Assembly: GCA_020184695.1 (NCBI GenBank)
Contig: JAANOX010000258.1
Coordinates: 124,001-188,000, forward strand
Reading direction: 5' to 3'
DNA: 64,000 bases
DNA from: Histomonas meleagridis 2922-C6/04-290x
Taxonomy: Eukaryota > Protista > Parabasalia
This document shows, piece after piece, positions 45,157-56,826 of this stretch. How positions within the stretch are numbered: the stretch's first letter is position 1; each line of letters starts with the position of its first letter. The translations under genes were made by a program, and so were the position numbers. The notes beneath the pieces were generated by a model that worked only from the letters and a program-made list of their open reading frames with translations, was not told where the DNA came from and made no database searches.

Positions 45157-45396
45157 TCTTTCGAGAACCGTCAATATAATCTTTATTAATTGAAAATTGC
45201 CATTTTTTTTTGTATGTCGTTAAAATTGCCAACATGAAGACGTTAACATGCGTTTATTTTTTCAAAGATGAAAAAGACGAAAATTCCAAACTTTACATAT
45301 CTAGAAGACAAAACACTTCATGGGTGAATTCACCCTTTGACGTTTTTAAATACTTTACACCTTTGATGGGAATCTTTTATTTTTTTTCATAATCAG

Positions 45397-46335
45397 ATGA
45401 TTGATGGCTTCCCTACACCAGACTTCGACTTTGATGATGATGAAGAGGAACTCCCAATATTCGCACAAATACCAGGATCATCCCATTTGCTCACTCCTGA
45501 AGAATATGACGAACTTTGTACAAATAATGAAATACAGCTAACTGAAACTCCAATAAGATGTACTAATAACTCAGCAGTTTACACAGCTTGTTCTCAAAGA
45601 GATAATAGCGCTTATGCTATCAAAATTTCAGAACATAAAAAACGTATTCGTGAAGAATTTTTAAAAAGCGCACAACTTCCTGACTCACCATTTCTTGTTA
45701 AATCCATCGCATGTATAGAAAGCCCTACAAAAGCTCTTCTCCAAATGGAATTATGTGAAGAAGGAGATATCTCTGGATTAACATTAAATGAAGGCCAAGT
45801 ATGGCAACTTATTCACGACATTGGATCCGCTCTCAAAGTAATACATTATAGTGGAATGATGCACTTAGATATATCTCCAGGAAATATTTTAAGATCTTTT
45901 GGACATTATAAACTTGCAGACTTCGGAACTCTTAAACAAATCGGAACATTTACTGAAGGTGACGAAGGAGCAGGTCCATATGTTTCACCTGAAGCATTGG
46001 CATATCCAGGAATATATCCAGTGACAGCACAAACTGATATTTTCAGTTTCGGTGTTGTTCTACTCGAAGTTTTGACGGGAAAGAGTGCACCACGCGGAGG
46101 ATCACAAGGATATTCCAAACTTCGAAACGGGGAAATCAAAATTGGCTCAGGCGGATACATTGCTGATTGTTCAGAGCATCTTGAGAACCTTGTTAATGCA
46201 ATGTTAAGTTCTGATCCAAATATTCGACCAACATCAGAAGCATTAGTTAACGAATATAACATACATATGAGCAGATGTTTAGAACAGTTTCCAATAATAA
46301 GCAATGGAAGTCAAAATTCGCCCATTGGGATTTGA
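45397..46335 (+). CDS. Wee1/Myt1-like kinase
   Basis: YAIK, HLDISPGNIL, KLADFG, EGAGPYVSPE, DIFSFG; short acidic N-terminus. Confidence 0.78.
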   Translation: MIDGFPTPDFDFDDDEEELPIFAQIPGSSHLLTPEEYDELCTNNEIQLTETPIRCTNNSAVYTACSQRDNSAYAIKISEHKKRIREEFLKSAQLPDSPFLVKSIACIESPTKALLQMELCEEGDISGLTLNEGQVWQLIHDIGSALKVIHYSGMMHLDISPGNILRSFGHYKLADFGTLKQIGTFTEGDEGAGPYVSPEALAYPGIYPVTAQTDIFSFGVVLLEVLTGKSAPRGGSQGYSKLRNGEIKIGSGGYIADCSEHLENLVNAMLSSDPNIRPTSEALVNEYNIHMSRCLEQFPIISNGSQNSPIGI

Positions 46336-47251
46336 TATATTTTATCCATTAGGGGCACCCCATAGTAATATATTTGTAGTATTTTACTATGGTTTTAAAA
46401 TAGCTAAATTATCCATAAAAAGACTTATTTTGTATGAATAAAACTCCGAATTTATCGTTCATTTTGGTTGAGCGAATATTTTTGTAATCGAAATTAATTT
46501 GTATCAAACGAAGTTGTACACTTATGTGAATTACATGGCCCGAATTGCGCTCAGATTGCTTCAAGTAGCTTAACAAAAACACATTCATTTATTACTTTAG
46601 TAACCATAGCCTAAGTCACTGCTTCCGAGTATTGAATTATTGGCGACTGCTTTTATGTTAAAGCTCGAAATAGACATATCACCTCAAATCATTGAGTAAT
46701 TTTTTTGCCTCAGTGGAGTATATTCTTTTTTCAATTGGCAATGGTTCAAAATATTAAAACACCCAAATTTCATATATATATTAGTAATTTACGTCATTTA
46801 GATTCCGAACATGAGACATTAGATTTTTATTATTAACAGTTAGAGTCGGAACTACTCTCTTTGCTTCAAACATTTAAAATCCATTAACTGCACATACGCC
46901 AAAGGTATCATCTAGATGATACAATAATAACTGTATTTACAATTGTTGTAATAAAGTTTTCTTTGATACTTTTTGACATACAATGAATACTTTCGTGACG
47001 ATGACAGAAAACTGATTGGTTTGCAAAAAATCGAAAATAAATTTACGAAATTCGGGGACAATTAGTGGAAATACTTTGAATAAAAAAAGTTTTTTCAAAA
47101 CATATTCTTTATCAAAAAAAATACGATAGAATATTAAATTTTTCATCAAGAGCAAGCTCAAAGTACTTTGCACAAGAACAAAATAGGTTGTTATCAAAGT
47201 TTTGTCCATTAATACAATGATAATCATCATCAAATATTTGCCTTAATATTT

Positions 47252-50200
47252 TCACTTTTTTTTCATTTTTTTCATTAACTTGCAAGGGTAAATTCCATGG
47301 CCTGCTCCGCAATCACAGAAACATGGCGTTACATGTGTTGCTTCTATCACATCATGACCTTTATGACATATCTTTGCACATTCTTCGCATATACTAGATT
47401 TTGATTGGTCCATTGAACATGTACGACAATAGAAAAAAGTTCTATGCATAACATATTTATAACCTGTTTGTTCAAATGTACAATGTCCTGGAATACAATT
47501 AATATTTGTATCATTTGATTGTGAAATATTTTTTAACTCTTTTTCATCTTCTTTGTAAAATTTGTTTAAATATTTCATATCTTGTCGACTTATTTCGATT
47601 CCTTCTTGTTTAATTAATAATTTAACAATTCCGTTGTTGCTATTTTTTAATGCTTGTGTAAGTGCTGTATTAAATGACATAAATAATTTCCAAATATTAT
47701 TATGAAATTAAATACTATTAAAATAAAATTTATACATTATATAAAAACATCTCTAGCATTAATATCAATTCCTTTTTGTTTAAGAAGAAATTTAACTATT
47801 TTTTCATGACCTTCTTTTGATGCTAATATAAGTGATGTAAAAAATAATTTAAATAATTTGTAAATATTATTCTGAAACACAAAATTATTAAAATAAAAAT
47901 AAAATAAATAAAATAAGTGTTAGCATTGAAATTAACTTTTTCTTGCTTAATAAGTAATTTAACAAGTTTTATTTGATCATTTAATGATGCAAATAATAAT
48001 GCTATTTCAAATTAATTAAATAATTTCCGGAAATTATAATGAAATTAAATAATATTAAAATAAATTTTAAATCAAATGTTTTAATTTTTTTGGTATCGCT
48101 GTCAATTTCTTCTTGCTCAATAAGTAATTTTACTATTTCAATATAACCATTTAATGATGCTAATATAACAGTTGTTTCAAATGATTTAAATAATTTCGAA
48201 ATAATAAAATGAAATTTTCAATTAATAAAAAAAACATTAAATAATATATATAATCTTCAACGTCAATATCAATATCAATTTCTTTGTATTCCAATAGTAA
48301 TTTTATTATTTTAATGTTACTATTTTCAATTGCAAACTTTAGAGCTGTTCGAAAATGTTTAAATAAATTCCATATATAATATAAAAATCATAAATCATTG
48401 AAATAAACTTCATCTTTATAATTGACATCAATATTCTCATGTTTGAGAAGTGATTTTACTATATCAATATAGTCATTTGCGACAGCAATAATGAGCGCTG
48501 TATGTACTAATTTAAATAAACTCCAAATATTTTTGCAAAACATAAAATCATTATAATAATCCATAAATGATATTTATTATCATCTTTTTCATTAACATTT
48601 GTTTCTTTTTGTTTAAGAAGTAATTTAACGACTTTAACATTCCCTCTTTTCGTAGCCGAAATAAGTGGTGTTTCAAATATTTTGAATAATTATCAAATAT
48701 TCACATTAAATATATAATTAATAAAATGAATATTAAATAAAATAAATTAACATTTGTATCCATACTAATTCCTTCTTGTTCAAGAAGTAATTTTACGATT
48801 TTAGTATTACCGTTTTCTATTGCAATTAATAAAGCTGAGTTAAATAAATTGAATAATTTCCAAATATTATTATGAAATTAAAAACTATTAAAATAAAATT
48901 TATTTAATATATAAAAACACCTTTAACATTGATATCAATGTCTTTTTGTTCAAGAAGTAATTTAACTATTTCTGTATTTCCATTTTCAGATGCAAGCATT
49001 AATGCTGTTTTAAATAACTTAAACAAAAACTAAATAATATTTTGAAATATCAAATTAATCAAATACACATTAAACAAAATAAATTGATGTCTTTTTTATT
49101 AATATCAATTCCTTTTTGTTCAAGAAGTAATTGAACTATTTCTGTATTTCCATTTTCAGATGCAAGCATTAATGCTGTTTTAAATAACTTAAACAAAAAC
49201 TAAATAATATTTTAAATCATTAAAATAATCAAATATATATTAAACAAAACAAATTGATATCTTTTGTATTAATATCAATTTCTTTCTTTCCAAGAAGCAA
49301 TTTTACTATTTCTGTATTACCTTTCATTGAAGCATTTAACAATGCCGTTTCAAAAATAGTTTTAAAACATTAAAAAAATTTAATGAAAATATAAAAGCAA
49401 TTAATGAACATCCTTATAACTAGTGATACATTTATTGTTAACAAGAAAATCTAAAAGTTCTTTATTCCCTGAAAATGCTGAAATTTCTAAGAAGTTTGTT
49501 GTTATTGGATATTTTTCGAGAAAATATTGTAATATAAATATATTACCTGTTTCTATTGATTTAATGATCAAAGATTTATTTATTTTCATTCCTTCTTTCT
49601 CAAAAAATTTTAAAATTTTATAATTATTATATTCAACACATTTTGCTCCTAAATCTTCTAAATTATTTATTTTTTCTAATTTGTTTTCATAAAGATAATA
49701 AAAAATATCATTTCGATGAAATTTAATTGCTGTTTCATATGAATCTTCAAAAGATGTATGATTTTGTTCACATATATGAATGATTTCGAAACTTTCACCT
49801 ACAACTGCATATTTAACTGCATTGCGTATATCAGAACCATTTAACATTAAATGTTTAAAACATTTAATTGATCCGAAAAATGCTGCATAATCAATTAATG
49901 AAACATTATTATGATTAATAAAATCACATCTTTCATAAAGTGATGGTTCAATTTTTTGATTATAATCAAAATTTGCTTGCGATGAGATTTTTTGAAGTTT
50001 TTCGATGTCATCATTTCGAATTATTTTTGCTGTTTCATTAGGATTAACACCTTCTTCAATTAATTTTTTATGAAGTGCCCAGTTATCCTTTTTGAGATCC
50101 TTAATGTTTTTCAACACGTATTTACCAAATTGATCGAATTCGAAGTTGTTCATTTCTTTTAAAGTCATACGATGAGCAAAATATGGGGTTGATTTATTTC

Positions 50201-50591
50201 TGTATGTTTTGAGATCAATTAAATCATTTTCTATTATTTTTTCTATTAGGTAATTTGATTCTTGTGTTTGTAGAGATAAAAGTAATTGCATAAAAACATC
50301 GAAAATATTTGAATCAATATTAAATAATTCTTTTTCATCAGAATTGAGTTGTTTTAAATATTCAAAACATAATTTATATAAACCTTTTGATATAAAATAT
50401 GAATATATAATTCGACAAACTATAAAATTAAATGAATATGAAAATTCTTGAGAAAAGTAATATAAGGAAGAAGCAGCTGCATCATCAATGTTTGTTTCAT
50501 TTAAATCAAATATATTTTTTTCGATAGACTGCAACGCTACAATATTTTTTGTATAGTTATTTTTTGTAGTATTGCTTTGGGAACCACCCAT
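47252..50591 (-). CDS. Ankyrin gene C: myristoylation motif, DUF3447-like domain, 11 ankyrin segments split by 11 inserts, C-terminal UBR-box zinc finger
   Basis: MGGSQS at 50591 and ORF to 49401. Diverged but stop-free ankyrin segments are separated by net inserts of 49, 68, 68, 68, 68, 68, 51, 65, 68, 65 and 68 nt. The final segment 47671-47252 encodes CTFEQTG…CRTC…CEECAKICHKGH…CFCDCG. Confidence 0.8.
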
Positions 50592-51049
50592 CTGCAATTT
50601 GGTCCCTTTTGAAAAGTGGCACATGTTACATTTCAATGGAAAATTAAAACAGAAATTATCTGCCTCGAATTCAAAATATAAAATCAAAATAACATGAGAA
50701 TAACATTTTCCTTTATACATTTTTATACTTTTTTTACAGGAATAATTGAAATTATTTCTTTATTAGTATATTTTGAATCAATAAAAATTCTGATGAGAAA
50801 AAACGTTTTCCTCCCTCAATTTTGTTTAGTTTACATAAATTTATTGAAATCATTTTTCATGCAAAATGATTTTTTCAAAAATTCGATTTCACCCAAAAAG
50901 GAATAACTTCGAAATTGATTAGATTTTCAATTAACAGTAAAATCTTCTAGCCCGAGCATACTAATTCAAATTCATTCCAAATTTTTGATGCTTTTACAAA
51001 ACATTTTAAAGCTAAATATAGTTCACAACAGTTATTTTATCATTATGAG

Positions 51050-51570
51050 TTATTGTATGAACAAAATCTGGTCAAAAAAAAATTGAAGAACCATATTTTA
51101 TTCATCTTATGAATGATGAAGAAATCGTACAAATATATGATTATGAACAAAGTGAAGAACTTTCAAGAAAGTTATATAAATATGCAGCATATTTTGGGTC
51201 AATTAAATGTTACATATTTTTAGCATTAAATAATTCTAGAATTGAACATATAGGAAATTTTGCTATAGCATTTGGGAATCCCAAGTTGAAATAATTCATT
51301 TTTGTGAATTAAATCATCTGTTTAATCAGTATGCATGTAGTGTAGCAATTGAGTTACATTGTAATGATATATTTTATTATCTTCATGAAAAAAATTTTTT
51401 TGATTAAAAAAGGTTTAAATGTATATGAAAATCTTCTTGCTGAATCAGCATATTCTGGTAATGTTGAATTATTAAAGTATGCTTTGGAAAAGGGAAAAGG
51501 AAAAATTAACATAAATGAAATATATTTTGAAAATTTGATAAGGTACTTGTTATCGCAACAGGCTTGAAAA
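51050..51570 (+). pseudogene. Fragmented DUF3447-ankyrin paralog
   Basis: Fragments YAAYFGSIKCYIFL…GNFAIAFGNPKLK* and LLAESAYSGNVELLKYAL lie in different frames. Confidence 0.6.
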
Positions 51571-51720
51571 AATATCAAAATGCTACAATTTTATATATAT
51601 ATATTTGCAGGATCTTTGTGAACTAAAAAACCACAACAAACTAAAAAAAAATTAGAACGATACGGAGTTTACGATCGTTTTTGATTCAAAACTATTTATT
51701 TTAAACGTTTAAGATCTCTC

Positions 51721-54032
51721 ATGGAAGAAAAAGATATTGAAATAAAAGTTTTAATGCAGATCCAAGAATTGTTAAATCTAACAGAATCAAGCCTAGATAA
51801 TATAAGCACATTATTTATAGAATCTATCTGGTCCTTAGGGAAATCCATTTTTTCCAAAGTTATTGAAAACATTATTCTTTCTACAATTTATAGGCCATAT
51901 TCGAATGGCCTTTTAGTTGAATTCCTTAAAGTCTCAACCAAAAACATGAAAGAACTTAATGATTTCAAAATTGAACTTATTCAATCCTTTCTCAAAAAAC
52001 TTGATTGCAGGGCCTATAAACCATATAGCAGTGCTTTATGTATGTTTTTATGTACCACAGTACTTAAAGATTTTATTAATCTTTCAGCAATTCTTACAGA
52101 AATTCAAAAATATGAAAATGATAATGAAAAATTTGAACAAATTTCTTTTTTTATTTTTGTATGGCTTGCACCCGAAATTGAACAAACAGACAAAATATTT
52201 TATAATAACTGCATTTCTATTATCGAAAAGATGCGATTTCAAGAGAATCATTATCCAACAGTTGCTCGATTTCTTTATGACTTTGAGAACCTTCGAAATG
52301 ATAATTGGAAAGCACTTAAGCAAAGACGCGCAAGTGATAACACATTAAAAATATTTTCTGCGATACTTAAACGTGATGGAATCGAAGAATTAATACAATT
52401 ATCATTTCATCCACAATTTAATATTAATCAAAGAATTGCACAATCAATTTATGAGCCATCATTCTTTGTAAGTTATAATCCAACACTTATTGAGTTTTCT
52501 GCTTATTGTGGATCTATAAAATGTTTTAACTTTCTTTTAGAAAATGATGCTGATATAGAACTAACGGATAATAATAATAAAACATTTAATGAGTTTGTAA
52601 TTGTTGGTAATAATAAAGAAATAATTGAAATATGTAAAAAGAAATTCGAAAACATTAATTTTGATTCATATAAATATTTATTAACTGAATTTCATTATGA
52701 TTTTAATGATATATCTGAAAAATCATTTTTAGCTGCATGTAAATCAAATTCATTAAAAGTAATACAAAATTGTTTAAATAATAAAATTAATATAAATTGT
52801 TGCGATGAAAAGTTAAAAACTCCAATTATATATGCAACTGAATTTGATCATATTGAAGTAATTAAATTATTACTTCTTGACGAAAATATTAATGTAAATT
52901 GTAGAGATGTTGATGGAATGACACCTTTACAATATGCTTGTCAAAATGGTTATTATGAAATTGTTAAATTGTTTCTGACGTTGGATAAAATCGATTTAAA
53001 TATCGGTAATAAATTTGATGTTTTTTCATATGTTTTATGACACCATTACATTGGGCATCACAAAATGGGTTTGTTGATATAGTAAAAATACTTTTGAATA
53101 AAAATATTAATGTTAACGTTTGCGATGATGAAAAATGGACTTCTTTACATTGGGCTTCACAAAATGGTCATTATGAAGTTGTCGATTTTCTTTTATTAAA
53201 TCCTAATATTAATGTCAATATGAAACAAAAAGATGGATTAACTCCAATTCATCTTGCATCTTTAAATGGTAAAGTTTCATGTTTGAAAAGACTTCTTCAA
53301 AAAGAAGAAATTGATGTTAATTCTTTGGATGAAAATGGAATGACACCATTACATTGGGCAGCGCAAATGGGTAAAAATGAATGTGTTAATGAATTAATTA
53401 ATGATAATAGAATAAAATTAAATATTAAAGATGGAATTTTAATAAATTTAATGAAGAAAATTTTATATATTTGGAATTTATTTGATTTATTTTGGACTGC
53501 TTTACATTGGGCTGCTCAAAATAATCATGTGAATGTTATTAATATTCTTCTAAATTTAAATTCTATTGAAGCAAATTCAAAAGATGAAAATGGATTTTAT
53601 TCAAAGTGTTTAATACACCTTTACATTGTGCTGTTTTAAATCAATCAATTGATGCTATTGAGTTTCTTTTAAATCATGAAAAAATTGATGTTAATGCTCA
53701 AGATAATGATGGTAAAACACCATTACATGTTGCTGCACGTTGTGGTAATCCTGAAATTATTCAATTATTCATTATAAATAAAAGAGTTAACTTTAATATT
53801 CAACAATCTGTGGAATTTATATTTTAAAATGTTTAAATAATAATTTTGGAGTTTGTTTTGCTTATTTTTAACTGCATTACATTATGCTGTATCTAATGGA
53901 AATATGGAAGCTGTTGAATTGTTAATTGATGTTGCAAAGACAGATATCAAAGATAATGATGGTGAAACACCAATAGATTTGGCTAAAATGTTTGGCTTTG
54001 GCGAAATAATAAAACTTCTATCTCATGAATAA
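51721..54032 (+). CDS. Ankyrin gene D (TPLH-type repeats): most repeats uninterrupted, four split by inserts of 17, 51, 17 and 52 nt
   Basis: Frame changes at 53020-53036, 53595-53611 and 53816-53867, and an in-frame extra 51 nt at about 53433-53492. All lie in the hairpin before xTPL/xTAL. The final repeats end …KLLSHE* at 54032. Confidence 0.8.
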
Positions 54033-55020
54033 AGCATGAAAACACAAAATTTTTTTTTGATTAATTTTAATTGATGATTTATTTATAACTTGTTTTAAAA
54101 TATTACTTGATTTATGCTTATTTTTTTTTTTTTTAATATTGTTTCATACTTTATAGGATGGTCATGTATTTAAAGTTTGTATAAATAACAAAATAATTTT
54201 ATAATAATTTTATAAATATATTGGGCAAAAGGTTGTGATTACAGCGCTCTTGAAGTTTCTATTTAACCTTCTTGAGTGAATTATTTGGAACAGTTTGTAT
54301 TGTATAAAATAACTTTTTAAAATTGAATTTTTCATATTTAACAATTAAATCATTATTAATTATAAGATATTTTTTTTTAAATGAAAATTTTTATGAAGAT
54401 ATATTAATTTTTTTAAAATGAGTTATTATTGATTATTATTAGTTCTATATATTTATTGAATTCGAATATCTGTTTCGAAAGCCCAAAATTTTTTCTGAAC
54501 TTTTGGAGATTGCTCATAAAAAAAATAAGATAACAAAATTTAGTTACAATAATTTTATTGAATAGAATGTATACTTATCAATATTTTTTTAAATTTAGTT
54601 CAGTGGAAAATGAAAAAAATTGATTTTCTGATTTGAAATGACCGTTTATTTTGTTGACAGCGTCTTTTCAGATCTATGAAACAAAAACAGAGAAATACTT
54701 CATTCAAAATTCAATAAGTTGTTAATTGTGTTGATGCGAACTTTTTGAAAGTTTTTCCTTCAAAAGCTTTCCTTGACAAGCAAAATCACTTTCTTCCGAT
54801 CATTTTTTTTCTGTGTTTCAACAATATAAACGAGTTAATTTTCTGACACTTTTCAATAAAACATTACGTTTCAGCTTTGTAAACAGCTTCCGATTGCAGA
54901 AACAATAAAACATGTTTCAACGAAAGTTACACAAATGAATTGACGGAAAGGAGGCGCGGTTGAATTTTTCTGTATCGTTTTTGACTGATTTATTAGCAAG
55001 TTTCTCAAGTTTTCTCGCAA

Positions 55021-56826
55021 ATGTGTTCTTTCTTCTTGGTTTTACTATTGTATTTCTTTTGCTTATTACAAATCTCTACAAAAAATTCAGGTTCAAAGAT
55101 TTTTAGTGATCAATTATCTATTTCTCAAACTCTCAAACACTCCCCTTACCTTACTTTAGAATCCAAAGGGTTTAAATATTTAACACACTCAGCCCATAAC
55201 AAAGAGAGTGTATCCATTAAAGTCACAAATTTTATTATGCAAACAGCTAATGAATCAAATACATTTAATATCATCACAGAAGAATATCAGCATCATTCCC
55301 ATTTATTAAAGCTACCTATATCATATGTTAAACATTATTTCAAATTCTTTTCTTTGGTATTTAATCATTTTTCATTAAAAGCTTATTTACCAATTTCAAT
55401 GAATAATGGCTTCATGAAGAAAATGTTCAAATTCAATGAAACTGCTCAAGTTCTAATGTATAACTTTTTTATTTTGGGACTTTTTTTATTTTATGAAATC
55501 AAATTTTTTATTAATAAAATGAAAACAAATGGAAAGAAAAAACAGAAAAATGTTTTTATTTTTGTTATATTTTTCATAAGTTCTCATCAAATATTTTATG
55601 AAAATAATTCAACACTTTCAATCACAAATTCAAATGATTTTATTGATATTGATCAGTATCAAAATAGCACAAAATTTATAATTATCAGTGAAAATATTTA
55701 TTCAATTCCAGGTGGTTCATTTTCAGGATGGCATTCAGTTGTTTCAGTTAATTTTGGTAACTCAGTATCAAATATTGGAAGTTATGTGTTTTCGTCATGT
55801 TCTAATTTGGTTACGATTATAATTGGAGAAAGTGTTACAGAAATTGGAGGTTCAGCATTTTCATTGTGTTCATCAATCAAAAACATTACAATTCCAAATT
55901 CAGTTACAACAATTGGAGGTTCAGCATTTTCATCATGTTCTAATTTAATCATATTAATCCTTGGATATGGAATAAGAGAAATTGGAGGTTCAGCATTTTC
56001 ATTGTGTTCATCAATCAAAAACATTACAATTCCAAATTCAGTTACAACAATTGGAAGTTCAGCATTTGCATTATGTTCTAATTTAACGACATTAACACTT
56101 GGCTATGGAATAAGAGAAATTGGAGGTTCAGCATTTGGGAATTGTAATAAACTTCGATGTATATATTATTATGGGGATTCAGAACCAAAAATTGGCGAAG
56201 GTGCATTTTATAATGTTTTTACAAGTGTTATCACATATCCAACATACGTTGGAAGTAAATTTGGAAATTTAGATGTTGATAAAGACAACACAGAAGGAAC
56301 ATGCGAACCACTTCCAACACATTCATTTTCTAATTCGAATACATTTACTGCATCACTTCAAAGTGATATTTCATTATCATTTTCATATACATTAACAATT
56401 ACATTATCAATTACACATTCATTAACTATTTATGAAACAAAAACGAAATCATTTTCATTATATATAAACAATTCGACATTTTCATATATTGAAACAGAAT
56501 TTATTTATTACAGTTACACGATTGTTATTTATCCTACTTATTATAATTATTATTCCAATTTCTTTACAATGTTTCATACTTCCGATGAAAATTCACCAAA
56601 TGGAATTACGACAAATGCTTTGATTGGAATTATTTGCGGGTCATTTGCATTTGTTTTGATCATTGTTGGAATTGTTATATTTTTAGTGAAAAGTAATAAT
56701 AAGAAAGAAAAATCGGATTCAAAGTTACAATTTAAGGACACGACAACATCAAGTACAAAGCAAATCGAAGAAGTAAATAGTTTAGTTGAAGATATTGTGA
56801 AAGAAGATGAAGACAATTGGCTATGA
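55021..56826 (+). CDS. BspA-like (TpLRR/LRR_5) surface protein, copy 1
   Basis: ITIPNSVTTIGGSAFSSCSNL repeats, S/T-rich stalk, TM segment (LIGIICGSFAFVLIIVGIVIFLV), acidic tail. Alternative ATG at 55519. Confidence 0.88.
   Translation: MCSFFLVLLLYFFCLLQISTKNSGSKIFSDQLSISQTLKHSPYLTLESKGFKYLTHSAHNKESVSIKVTNFIMQTANESNTFNIITEEYQHHSHLLKLPISYVKHYFKFFSLVFNHFSLKAYLPISMNNGFMKKMFKFNETAQVLMYNFFILGLFLFYEIKFFINKMKTNGKKKQKNVFIFVIFFISSHQIFYENNSTLSITNSNDFIDIDQYQNSTKFIIISENIYSIPGGSFSGWHSVVSVNFGNSVSNIGSYVFSSCSNLVTIIIGESVTEIGGSAFSLCSSIKNITIPNSVTTIGGSAFSSCSNLIILILGYGIREIGGSAFSLCSSIKNITIPNSVTTIGSSAFALCSNLTTLTLGYGIREIGGSAFGNCNKLRCIYYYGDSEPKIGEGAFYNVFTSVITYPTYVGSKFGNLDVDKDNTEGTCEPLPTHSFSNSNTFTASLQSDISLSFSYTLTITLSITHSLTIYETKTKSFSLYINNSTFSYIETEFIYYSYTIVIYPTYYNYYSNFFTMFHTSDENSPNGITTNALIGIICGSFAFVLIIVGIVIFLVKSNNKKEKSDSKLQFKDTTTSSTKQIEEVNSLVEDIVKEDEDNWL

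Noticed and set aside
9027-46304. Antisense or alternative-frame ORFs overlapping real genes (e.g. 9027-9425, 10111-10413, 10337-10645, 12394-12852, 23086-23736, 23864-24223, 45906-46304)
   Set aside because: Shadow ORFs from codon bias and low-complexity sequence; no recognisable motifs.
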